NCBI RefSeq assembly: GCF_009914755.1
Contig: NC_060941.1
DNA from: the human T2T-CHM13v2.0 reference genome, Homo sapiens
Length of the DNA: 64,000 nt
Direction: 5' to 3' (one strand)
The position numbers and the translations under genes were made by a program. Position 1 is the first letter of the stretch; every line of letters begins with the position of its first letter. Shown here in pieces: positions 1 to 12,200 of this stretch. Below the pieces are notes generated by a model. It saw only the letters and a program-made list of their open reading frames with translations. It was not told the origin of the DNA and ran no database searches.

Positions 1-546
1 CTGTAGAAACTGCAAGTAGATATTTGGACCTCTCTGAGGATTTCGTTGGAAACGGGATAAACCGCACAGAACTACAACAGAAGCATTCTCAGAACCCTCT
101 TCGTGATGTTTGCATTCAACTCACGGTGCTGAACCTTTCTTTGATAGTTCAGCTTTGAAACACTCTTTTTGTAGAAACTGCAAGTGGATATTTGGTCCTC
201 TCTGAGGATTTCGTTGGAAACGGGATAAACCGCACAGAACTAAACAGAAGCATTCTCAGAACCTTCTTCGTGATGTCTGCATTCAACTCACAGTGTGGAA
301 CCTTTCTTTGATAGTTCAGGTTTGAATCACTCTTTTTGTAGAAACTGCAAGGGGATAATTGCACTTCTTTGAGGCCTACCGTAGTAAAGGAAATAACTTC
401 CTATAAAAAGAAGACAGAAGCTTTCTCAGAAAATTCTTTGGGATGATTGAGTTGAGCAAACAGAGCTGAACACTCCTTGCGATGTAGCAGTTTAGAAACA
501 CACTTTCTGCAGAATCTGCAAGTGCATATGTGGACCTCTCTGAGGA

Positions 547-563
547 ATTCGTTGGAAACGGGA
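547..563 (+). other. CENP-B box (example); about 8 intact boxes per canonical 16-mer
   Basis: ATTCGTTGGAAACGGGA matches NTTCGNNNNANNCGGGN. Numbering monomers from the EcoRI-containing one, m1, m2, m6, m7, m10, m13, m14 and m15 normally carry the core. m3 (..AAACGGAA) and m8 (GTCTTTGGAAACGGG) are constitutively degenerate. m4, m5, m9, m11, m12 and m16 carry A-type (pJ-alpha-like) sequence such as TGTGGTGGAAAAGGAA. Confidence 0.92.
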
Positions 564-2588
564 TAATTTCAGCTGACTAAACAGAAGCAGTCTCAGAATC
601 TTCTTTGTGATGTTTGCATTCAAATCCCAGAGTTGAACTTTCCTTTCAAAGTTCACGTTTGAAACACTCTTTTTGCAGGATCTACAAGTGGATATTTGGA
701 CCACTCTGTGTCCTTCGTTCGAAACGGGTATATCTTCACATGACATCTAGACAGAAGCATTCTCAGAAGCTTCTCTGTGATGACTGCATTCAACTCACGG
801 AGTTGAACACTCCTTTTGAGAGCGCAGTTTTGAAACTCTCTTTCTGTGGCATCTGCAAGGGGACATGTAGACCTCTTTGAAGATTTCGTTGGAAACGGAA
901 TCATCTTCACATCAAAACTATACAGATGCATTCTCAGGAACTTTTTGGTGATGTTTGTATTCAACTCCCAGAGTTGAACTTTCCTTTGGAAAGAGCAGCT
1001 ATGAAACACTCTTTTTCTAGAATCTGCAAGTGGACGTTTGGAGGGCTTTGTGGTTTGTGGTGGAAAAGGAAATATCTTCACCTAAATACTAGATAGAAGC
1101 ATTCTCAGAAACTGCTTTGTGATGATTGCATTCACCTCACAGAGTTGAACATTCCTATTGATAGAGCAGTTTGGAAACACTCTTGCTGTGGAATGTGCAA
1201 GTGGAGATTTGGAGCGCTTTGAGGCCTATGGTAGTAAAGGGAATAGCTTCATAGAAAAACTAGACAGAAGCATTCTCAGAAAATACTTTGTGATGATTGA
1301 GTTGAACTCACAGAGCTGAACATTCCTTTGGATGGAGCAGGTTTGAGACACACTTTTTGTAGAATCTACAAGTGGATATTTGGACCTCTCTGAGGATTTC
1401 GTTGGAAACGGGATAACTGCACCTAACTAAACGGAAGCATTCTCAGAAACTTCTTGGTGATGTTTGCATTCAAATCCCAGAGTTGAACCTTCCTTTGAGA
1501 GTTCAGGTTTGAAACACTCTTTTTGTAGGATCTGCAAGTGGATATTTGGACCACTCTGTGGCCTTCGTTCGAAACCGGTACATCTTCGCATAAAATCTAG
1601 ACAGAAGCCTTCTCAGAAACTTCTCTGTGATGATTGCATTCAACTCACAGAGTTGAACCCTCCTATGGATAGAGCAGTGTTGAAACTCTCTTTTTGTGGA
1701 ATCTGCAAGCGGATATATGGACCTCTCCGAAGATGTCTTTGGAAACGGGAATATCTTCACATAAAAACTAAACAGAAGCATTCTCAGAAACTTCTCTGTG
1801 ATGTTTGTGTTCAACTCCCAGAGTTTCACATTGCTTCTCATAGAGTAGTTCTGAAACATGCTTTTCGTAGTGTCTGCAAGTGGACATTTGGAGCGCTTTC
1901 AGGCCTGTGGTGGAAAACGAATTATGGTCACATAAAAACTGGAGAGAAGCATTGTCAGAAACTTCTTTGTGATGATTGCATTCAAGTCACAGAGTTGAAG
2001 GTTCCTTTTCAAAGAGCAGTTTCCAATCACTCTTTCTGTGGAATCTGCAAGTGGATATTTGGACCTCTTTGAAGATTTCGTTGGAAATGGGAGAATCTTC
2101 ACAGAAAAGCTAAACAGAAGCATTCTCAGAAACTTCTTTGTGATGCTTGCATTCAACTCACAGAGTTGAACTTTCCTTTCGAGAGAGAAGCTTTGAAACA
2201 CTCTTTTTCCAGAATCTGCAAGTGGACATTTGGAGGGCTTTGAGGCCTGTGGTGGAAAAGGAATTATCTTCCCGTAAAAGCTAGATAGAAGCATTCTCAG
2301 AAACTACTTTGTGATGATTGCATTCAAGTCACAGAGTTGAACATTCCGTTTGACAGAGCAGTATGGAAACTCTCTTTGTGTAGAATCTGCAAGTGGAGAT
2401 ATGGACCGCTTTGAGGCCTATGGTAGTAAAGGGAATAGCTTCATAGAAAAACTAGACAGTAGCATTCACAGAAAACTCTTGGTGACGACTGAGTTTAACT
2501 CACAGAGCTGAACATTCCTTTGGATGGAGCAGTTTCGAAACACACTATTTGTAGAATCTGCAAGTGGATATGTGGGCCTCTCTGAGGA

Positions 2589-2939
2589 TTTCGTTGGAAA
2601 CGGGTAAATCGCACAGAACTAAACAGAAGCATTCTCAGAACCTTCTTCGTGATGTTTGCATTCAACTCACAGTGTTGAACCTTTCTTTGATAGTTCAGGT
2701 TTGAAACGATCTTTCTGTAGAAACTGCAAGTAGATATTTGGACCTCTCTGAGGATTTCGTTGGAAACGGGATAAACCGCACAGAACTAAAACAGAAGCAT
2801 TCTCAGAACCCTCTTCGTGATGTTTGCATTCAACTCACGGTGCTGAACCTTTCTTTGATAGTTCAGCTTTGAAACACTCTTTTTGTAGAAACTGCAAGTG
2901 GATATTTGGTCCTCTCTGAGGATTTCGTTGGAAACGGGA
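2589..2939 (+). other. Three consecutive CENP-B boxes in the near-identical monomer run (m13-m15), example copy
   Basis: TTTCGTTGGAAACGGG at 2589, 2755 and 2923, spaced 166-168 bp, each followed by a TAAA(C/T)CGCACAGAACTAAA-type sequence. Confidence 0.92.
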
Positions 2940-3258
2940 TAAACCGCACAGAACTAAACAGAAGCATTCTCAGAACCTACTTCGTGATGTCTGCATTCAA
3001 CTCACAGTGTGGAACCTTTCTTTGATAGTTCAGGTTTGAAACACTCTTTTTGTAGAAACTGCAAGGGGATAATTGCACTTCTTTGAGGCCTACCGTAGTA
3101 AAGGAAATAACTTCCTATAAAAAGAAGACAGAAGCTTTCTCAGAAAATTCTTTGGGATGATTGAGTTGAGCAAACTGAGCTGAACACTCCTTGCGATGTA
3201 GCAGTTTAGAAACACACTTTCTGCAGAATCTGCAAGTGCATATGTGGACCTCTCTGAG

Positions 3259-4781
3259 GAATTCGTTGGAAACGGGATAATTTCAGCTGACTAAACAGAA
3301 GCAGTCTCAGAATCTTCTTTGTGATGTTTGCATTCAAATCCCAGAGTTGAACTTTCCTTTCCAAGTTCACGTTTGAAACACTCTTTTTGCAGGATCTACA
3401 AGTGGATATTTGGACCACTCTGTGTCCTTCGTTCGAAACGGATATATCTTCACATGACATCTAGACAGAAGCATTCTCAGAAGCTTCTCTGTGATGACTG
3501 CATTCAACTCACGGAGTTGAACACTCCTTTTGAGAGCGCAGTTTTGAAACTCTCTTTCTGTGGCATCTGCAAGGGGACATGTAGACCTCTTTGAAGATTT
3601 CGTTGGAAACGGAATCATCTTCACATAAAAACTATACAGATGCATTCTCAGGAACTTTTTGGTGATGTTTGTATTCAACTCCCAGAGTTGAACTTTCCTT
3701 TGGAAAGAGCAGCTATGAAACACTCTTTTTCTAGAATCTGCAAGTGGACGTTTGGAGGGCTTTGTGGTTTGTGGTGGAAAAGGAAATATCTTCACCTAAA
3801 TACTAGATAGAAGCATTCTCAGAAACTGCTTTGTGATGATTGCATTCACCTCACAGAGTTGACCATTCCTATTGATAGAGCAGTTTGGAAACCCTCTTGT
3901 TGTGGAATGTGCAAGTGGAGATTTGGAGCGCTTTGAGGCCTATGGTAGTAAAGGGAATAGCTTCATAGAAAAACTAGACAGAAGCATTCTCAGAAAATAC
4001 TTTGTGATGATTGAGTTGAACTCACAGAGCTGAACATTCCTTTGGATGGAGCAGTTTCGAAACACACTATTTGTAGAATCTGCAAGTGGATATGTGGGCC
4101 TCTCTGAGGATTTCGTTGGAAACGGGATAAATCGCACAGAACTAAACAGAAGCATTCTCAGAACCTTCTTCGTGATGTTTGCATTCAACTCACAGTGTTG
4201 AACCTTTCTTTGATAGTTCAGGTTTGAAACGATCTTTCTGTAGAAACTGCAAGTAGATATTTGGACCTCTCTGAGGATTTCGTTGGAAACGGAATAAACC
4301 GCACAGAACTAAAACAGAAGCATTCTCAGAACCCTCTTCGTGATGTTTGCATTCAACTCACGGTGCTGAACCTTTCTTTGATAGTTCAGCTTTGAAACAC
4401 TCTTTTTGTAGAAACTGCAAGTGGATATTTGGTCCTCTCTGAGGATTTCGTTGGAAACGGGATAAACCGCACAGAACTAAACAGAAGCATTCTCAGAACC
4501 TTCTTCGTGATGTCTGCATTCAACTCACAGTGTGGAACCTTTCTTTGATAGTTCAGGTTTGAAACACTCTTTTTGTAGAAACTGCAAGGGGATAATTGCA
4601 CTTCTTTGAGGCCTACCGTAGTAAAGGAAATAACTTCCTATAAAAAGAAGACAGAAGCTTTCTCAGAAAATTCTCTGGGATGATTGAGTTGAGCAAACTG
4701 AGCTGAACACTCCTTGCGATGTAGCAGTTTAGAAACACACTTTCTGCAGAATCTGCAAGTGCATATGTGGACCTCTCTGAG
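3259..4781 (+). repeat. 9-mer HOR structural variant (1,523 bp; 7 monomers, 1,192 bp deleted)
   Basis: EcoRI spacing is 1,523 bp. A hybrid monomer at ~3985-4150 starts as m6 (CAGAAAATACTTTGTGATGATTGAGTTG) and ends as m13 (GCAGTTTCGAAACACACTATTTG). The 202-aa periodic ORF is absent from this unit. Confidence 0.95.
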
Positions 4782-6272
4782 GAATTCGTTGGAAACGGGA
4801 TAATTTCAGCTGACTAAACAGAAGCAGTCTCAGAATCTTCTTTGTGATGTTAGCATTCAAATCCCAGAGTTGAACTTTCCTTTCAAAGTTCACGTTTGAA
4901 ACACTCTTTTTGCAGGATCTACAAGTGGATATTTGGACCACTCTGTGTCCTTCGTTCGAAACGGATATATCTTCACATGACATCTAGACAGAAGCATTCT
5001 CAGAAGCTTCTCTGTGATGACTGCATTCAACTCACGGAGTTGAACACTCCTTTTGAGAGCGCAGTTTTGAAACTCTCTTTCTGTGGCATCTGCAAGGGGA
5101 CATGTAGACCTCTTTGAAGATTTCGTTGGAAACGGAATCATCTTCACATCAAAACTATACAGATGCATTCTCAGGAACTTTTTGGTGATGTTTGTATTCA
5201 ACTCCCAGAGTTGAACTTTCCTTTGGAAAGAGCAGCTATGAAACACTCTTTTTCTAGAATCTGCAAGTGGACGTTTGGAGGGCTTTGTGGTTTGTGGTGG
5301 AAAAGGAAATATCTTCACCTAAATACTAGATAGAAGCATTCTCAGAAACTGCTTTGTGATGATTGCATTCACCTCACAGAGTTGAACATTCCTATTGATA
5401 GAGCAGTTTGGAAACACTCTTCTTGTGGAATGTGCAAGTGGAGATTTGGAGCGCTTTGAGGCCTATGGTAGTAAAGGGAATAGCTTCATAGAAAAACTAG
5501 ACAGAAGCATTCTCAGAAAATACTTTGTGATGATTGAGTTGAACTCACAGAGCTGAACATTCCTTTGGATGGAGCAGGTTTGAGACACACTTTTTGTAGA
5601 ATCTACAAGTGGATATTTGGACCTCTCTGAGGATTTCGTTGGAAACGGGATAACTGCACCTAACTAAACGGAAGCATTCTCAGAAACTTCTTGGTGATGT
5701 TTGCATTCAAATCCCAGAGTTGAACCTTCCTTTGAGAGTTCAGGTTTGAAACACTCTTTTTGTAGGATCTGCAAGTGGATATTTGGACCACTCTGTGGCC
5801 TTCGTTCGAAACCGGTACATCTTCGCATAAAATCTAGACAGAAGCCTTCTCAGAAACTTCTCTGTGATGATTGCATTCAACTCACAGAGTTGAACCCTCC
5901 TATGGATAGAGCAGTGTTGAAACTCTCTTTTTGTGGAATCTGCAAGCGGATATGTGGACCTCTCCGAAGATGTCTTTGGAAACGGGAATATCTTCACATA
6001 AAAACTAAACAGAAGCATTCTCAGAAACTTCTCTGTGATGTTTGTGTTCAACTCCCAGAGTTTCACATTGCTTCTCATAGAGTAGTTCTGAATCATGCTT
6101 TTCGTAGTGTCTGCATGTGGACATTTGGAGCGCTTTCAGGCCTGTGGTGGAAAACGAATTATGGTCACATAAAAACTGGAGAGAAGCATTGTCAGAAACT
6201 TCTTTGTGATGATTGCATTCAAGTCACAGAGTTGAAGATTCCTTTTCAAAGAGCAGTTTCCAATCACTCTTT

Positions 6273-9200
6273 CTGTGGAATCTGCAAGTGGATATTTGGA
6301 CCTCTTTGAAGATTTCGTTGGAAACGGGAGAATCTTCACAGAAAATCTAAACAGAAGCATTCTCAGAAACTTCTTTGTGATGCTTGCATTCAACTCACAG
6401 AGTTGAACTTTCCTTTCGAGAGAGAAGCTTTGAAACACTCTTTTTCCAGAATCTACAAGTGGACATTTGGAGGGCTTTGAGGCCTGTGGTGGAAAAGGAA
6501 TTATCTTCCCGTAAAAGCTAGATAGAAGCATTCTCAGAAACTACTTTGTGATGATTGCATTCAAGTCACAGAGTTGAACATTCCCTTTGACAGAGCAGTT
6601 TGGAAACTCTCTTTGTGTAGAATCTGCAAGTGGAGATATGGACCGCTTTGGGGACTATGGTAGTAAAGGAAATAGCTTCATATAAAAGCTAGACAGTAGC
6701 ATTCACAGAAAACTCTTGGTGACGACTGAGTTTAACTCACAGAGCTGAACATCCCTTTGGATGGAGCAGTTTGGAAACACACTATTTGTAGAATGTGCAA
6801 GTGGATATTGGGGCCTCTCTGAGGATTTCGTTGGAAACGGGATAAACCGCACAGAACTAAACAGAAGCATTCTCAGAACCTTCTTCGTGATGTTTGCATT
6901 CAACTTACAGTGTTGAACCTTTCTTTGATAGTTCAGGTTTGAAACGGTCTTTCTGTAGAAACTGCAAGTAGATATTTGGACCTCTATGAGGATTTCGATG
7001 GAAACGGGATAAACCGCACAGAACTAAAACAGAAGCATTCTCAGAACCCTCTTCGTGATGTTTGCATTCAACTCACAGTGCTGAACCTTTCTTTGATAGT
7101 TCAGCTTTGAAACACTCTTTTTGTAGAAACTGCAAGTGGATATTTGGTCCTCTGTGAGGATTTCGTTGGAAACGGGATAAACCGCACAGAACTAAACAGA
7201 AGCATTCTCAGAACCTTCTTCGTGATGTCTGCATTCAACTCACAGTGTGGAACCTTTCTTTGATAGTTCAGGTTTGAAACACTCTTTTTGTAGAAACTGC
7301 AAGGGGATAGCTGCACTTGTTTGAGGCCTACCGTAGTAAAGGAAATAACTTCCTATAAAAAGAAGACAGAAGCTTTCTCAAAAATTCTTTGGGATGATTG
7401 AGTTGAACTCACAGAGCTGAACATTCCTTGCGATTTAGAAGTTTAGAAACACACTTTCTGCAGAATCTGCAAGTGCATATTCGGACCTCTCTGAGGAATT
7501 CGTTGGAAACGGGATAATTTCAGCTGACTAAACAGAAGCAGTCTCAGAATCTTCCTTGTGATGTTTGCATTCAAATCCCACAGTTGAACTTTCCTTTCAA
7601 AGTTCACGCTTGAAACACTCTTTTTGCAGGATCTACAAGTGGATATTTGGACCACTCTGTGTCCTTCGTTCGAAACGGGTATATCTTCACATGACATCTA
7701 CACAGAAGCATTCTCAGAAGCTTCTCTGTGATGTCTGCATTCAACTCACGGAGTTGAACACTCCTTTTGAGAGCGCAGTTTTGAAACTCTCTTTCTGTGG
7801 CATCTGCAAGGGGACATGTAGAACTCTTTGAAGATTTCGTTGGAAACGGAATCATCTTCACATCAAAACTATACAGATGCATTCTCAGGAACTTTTTGGT
7901 GATGTTTGTATTCAACTCCCAGAGTTGAACTTTCCTTTGGAAAGAGCAGCTATGAAACAGTCTTTTTCTAGAAGCTGCAAGTGGACGTTTGGAGGGCTTT
8001 GTGGTTTGTGGTGGAAAAGGAAATATCTTCACCTAAATACTAGATAGAAGCATTCTCAGAAACTGCTTTGTGATGATTGCATTCACCTCACAGAGTTGAA
8101 CATTCCTATTGATAGAGCAGTTTGGAAACACTCTTCTTGTGGAATGTGCAAGTGGAGATTTGGAGCGCTTTGAGGCCTATGGCAGTAAAGGGAATAGCTT
8201 CATAGAAAAACTAGACAGAAGCATTCTCAGAAAATACTTTGTGATGATTGAGTTGAACTCACAGAGCTGAACATTCCTTTGGATGGAGCAGGTTTGAGAC
8301 ACACTTTTTGTAGAATCTACAAGTGGATATTTGGACCTCTCTGAGGATTTCGTTGGAAACGGGATAAATGCACCTAACTAAACGGAAGCATTCTCAGAAA
8401 CTTCTTGGTGATGTTTGCATTCAAATCCCAGAGTTGAACCTTCCTTTGATAGTTCAGGTTTGAAGCACTCTTTTTGTAGGATCTGCAAGTGGATATTTGG
8501 ACCACTCTGTGGCCTTCGTTCGAAACGGGTACATCTTCGCATAAAATCTAGACAGAAGCCTTCTCAGAAACTTCTCTGTGATGATTGCATTCAACTCACA
8601 GAGTTGAACCCTCCTATGGATAGAGCAGTGTTGAAACTCTCTTTTTGTGGAATCTGCAAGCGGATATGTGGACCTCTCCGAAGATGTCTTTGGAAACGGG
8701 AATATCTTCACATGAAAACTAAACAGAAGCATTCTCAGAAACTTCTCTGTGACGTTTGTGTTCAACTCCCAGAGTTTCACATTGCTTCTCATAGAGCAGT
8801 TCTGAAACATGCTTTTCGTAGTGTCTGCAAGTGGACATTTGGAGCGCTTTCAGGCCTGTGGTGGAAAACGAATTATGGTCACATAAAAACTGGAGAGAAG
8901 CAATGTCAGAAACTTCTTTGTGATGATTGCATTCAAGTCACAGAGTTGAAGGTTCCTTTTCAAAGAGCAGTTTCCAATCACTCTTTCTGTGGAATCTGCA
9001 AGTGGATATTTGGACCTCTTTGAAGATTTCGTTGGAAACGGGAGAATCTTCACAGAAAAGCTAAACAGAAGTATTCTCAGAAACTTCTTTGTGATGCTTG
9101 CATTCAACTCACAGAGTTGAACTTTTCTTTGGAGAGAGAAGCTTTGAAACACTCTTTTTCCAGAATCTGCAAGTGGACATTTGGAGGGCTTTGAGGCCTG

Positions 9201-12200
9201 TGGTGGAAAAGGAATTATCTTCCCGTAAAAGCTAGATAGAAGCATTCTCAGAAACTACTTTGTGATGATTGCATTCAAGTCACAGAGTTGAACATTCCGT
9301 TTGACAGAGCAGTATGGAAACTCTCTTTGTGTAGAATCTGCAAGTGGAGATATGGACCGATTTGAGGCCTATGGTAGTAAAGGAAATAGCTTCATATAAA
9401 AGCTAGACAGTAGCATTCACAGAAAACTCTTGGTGACGAATGAGTTTAACTCACAGAGCTGAACATTCCTTTGGATGGAGCAGTTTCGAAACACACTATT
9501 TGTAGAATCTGCAAGTGGATATGTGGGCCTCTCTGAGGATTTCGTTGGAAACGGGATAAATCGCACAGAACTAAACAGAAGCATTCTCAGAACCTTCTTC
9601 GTGATGTTTGCATTCAACTCACAGTGTTGAACCTTTCTTTGATAGTTCAGGTTTGAAACGATCTTTCTGTAGAAACTGCAAGTAGATATTTGGACCTCTC
9701 TGAGGATTTCGTTGGAAACGGGATAAACCGCACAGAACTAAAACAGAAGCATTCTCAGAACCCTCTTCGTGATGTTTGCATTCAACTCACGGTGCTGAAC
9801 CTTTCTTTGATAGTTCAGCTTTGAAACACTCTTTTTGTAGAAACTGCAAGTGGATATTGGGTCCTCTCTGAGGATTTCGTTGGAAACGGGATAAACCGCA
9901 CAGAACTAAACAGAAGCATTCTCAGAACCTTCTTCGTGATGTCTGCATTCAACTCACAGTGTGGAACCTTTCTTTGATAGTTCAGGTTTGAAACACTCTT
10001 TTTGTAGAAACTGCAAGGGGATAATTGCACTTCTTTGAGGCCTACCGTAGTAAAGGAAATAACTTCCTATAAAAAGAAGACAGAAGCTTTCTCAGAAAAT
10101 TCTTTGGGATGATTGAGTTGAGCAAACTGAGCTGAACACTCCTTGCGATGTAGCAGTTTAGAAACACACTTTCTGCAGAATCTGCAAGTGCATATGTGGA
10201 CCTCTCTGAGGAATTCGTTGGAAACGGGATAATTTCAGCTGACTAAACAGAAGCAGTCTCAGAATCTTCTTTGTGATGTTTGCATTCAAATCCCAGAGTT
10301 GAACTTTCCTTTCAAAGTTCACGTTTGAAACACTCTTTTTGCAGGATCTACAAGTGGATATTTGGACCACTCTGTGTCCTTCGTTCGAAACGGATATATC
10401 TTCACATGACATCTAGACAGAAGCATTCTCAGAAGCTTCTCTGTGATGACTGCATTCAACTCACGGAGTTGAACACTCCTTTTGAGAGCGCAGTTTTGAA
10501 ACTCTCTTTCTGTGGCATCTGCAAGGGGACATGTATACCTCTTTGAAGATTTCGTTGGAAACGGAATCATCTTCACATAAAAACTATACAGATGCATTCT
10601 CAGGAACTTTTTGGTGATGTTTGTATTCAACTCCCAGAGTTGAACTTTCCTTTGGAAAGAGCAGCTATGAAACACTCTTTTTCTAGAATCTGCAAGTGGA
10701 CGTTTGGAAGGCTTTGTGGTTTGTGGTGGAAAAGGAAATATCTTCACCTAAATACTAGATAGAAGCATTCTCAGAAACTGCTTTGTAATGATTGCATTCA
10801 CCTCACAGAGTTGAACATTCCTATTGATAGAGCAGTTTGGAAACACTCTTGTTGTGGAATGTGCAAGTGGAGATTTGGAGCGCTTTGAGGCCTATGGTAG
10901 TAAAGGGAATAGCTTCATAGAAAAACTAGACAGAAGCATTCTCAGAAAATACTTTGTGATGATTGAGTTGAACTCACAGAGCTGAACATTCCTTTGGATG
11001 GAGCAGGTTTGAGACACACTTTTTGTAGAATCTACAAGTGGATATTTGGACCTCTCTGAGGATTTCGTTGGAAACGGGATAAATACACCTAACTAAACGG
11101 AAGCATTCTCAGAAACTTCTTGGTGATGTTTGCATTCAAATCCCAGAGTTGAACCTTCCTTTGAGAGTTCAGGTTTGAAGCACTCTTTTTGTAGGATCTG
11201 CAAGTGGATATTTGGACAACTCTGTGGCCTTCGTTCGAAACGGGTACATCTTCGCATAAAATCTAGACAGAAGCCTTCTCAGAAACTTCTCTGTGATGAT
11301 TGCATTCAACTCACTGAGTTGAACCCTCCTATGGTCAGAGCAGTGTTGAAACTCTCTTTTTGTGGAATCTGCAAGTGGATATGTGGACCTCTCCGAAGAT
11401 GTCTTTGGAAACGGGAATATCTTCACATAAAAACTAAACAGAAGCATTCTCAGAAACTTCTCTGTGATGTTTGTGTTCAACTCCCAGAGTTTCACATTGC
11501 TTCTCATAGAGTAGTTCTGAAACATGCTTTTCGTAGTGTCTGCAAGTGGACATTTGGAGCGCTTTCAGGCCTGTGGTGGAAAACGAATTATGGTCACATA
11601 AAAACTGGAGAGAAGCATTGTCAGAAACTTCTTTGTGATGATTGCATTCAACTCACAGAGTTGAAGGTTCCTTTTCAAACAGCAGTTTCCAATCACTCTT
11701 CCTGTGGAATCTGCAAGTGGATATTTGGACCTCTTTGAAGATTTCGTTGGAAACGGGAGAATCTTCACAGAAAATCTAAACAGAAGCATTCTCAGAAACT
11801 TCTTTGTGATGCTTGCATTCAACTCACAGAGTTGAACTTTCCTTTCGAGAGAGAAGCTTTGAAACACTCTTTTTCCAGAATCTACAAGTGGACATTTGGA
11901 GGGCTTTGAGGCCTGTGGTGGAAAAGGAATTATCTTCCCGTAAAAGCTAGATAGAAGCATTCTCAGAAACTACTTTGTGATGATTGCATTCAAGTCACAG
12001 AGTTGAACATTCCCTTTGACAGAGCAGTTTGGAAACTCTCTTTGTGTAGAATCTGCAAGTGGAGATATGGACCGCTTTGGGGACTATGGTAGTAAAGGAA
12101 ATAGCTTCATATAAAAGCTAGACAGTAGCATTCACAGAAAACTCTTGGTGACGACTGAGTTTAACTCACAGAGCTGAACATCCCTTTGGATGGAGCAGTT

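Noticed and set aside
1464-2072. Cys/His-rich translation resembling a zinc-finger protein
   Set aside because: CxxC and H patterns come from the TGTGATGATTGC and TGTGGAATCTGC satellite motifs. There is no C2H2 spacing or TGEKP linker periodicity beyond a chance TGEKH.
4054-4063. 10-bp palindrome GTTTCGAAAC abutting the 9-mer junction as a cause of the deletion
   Set aside because: It is present in most m13 copies without rearrangement and is too short for a stable cruciform. The 36-bp identity tract is sufficient explanation.
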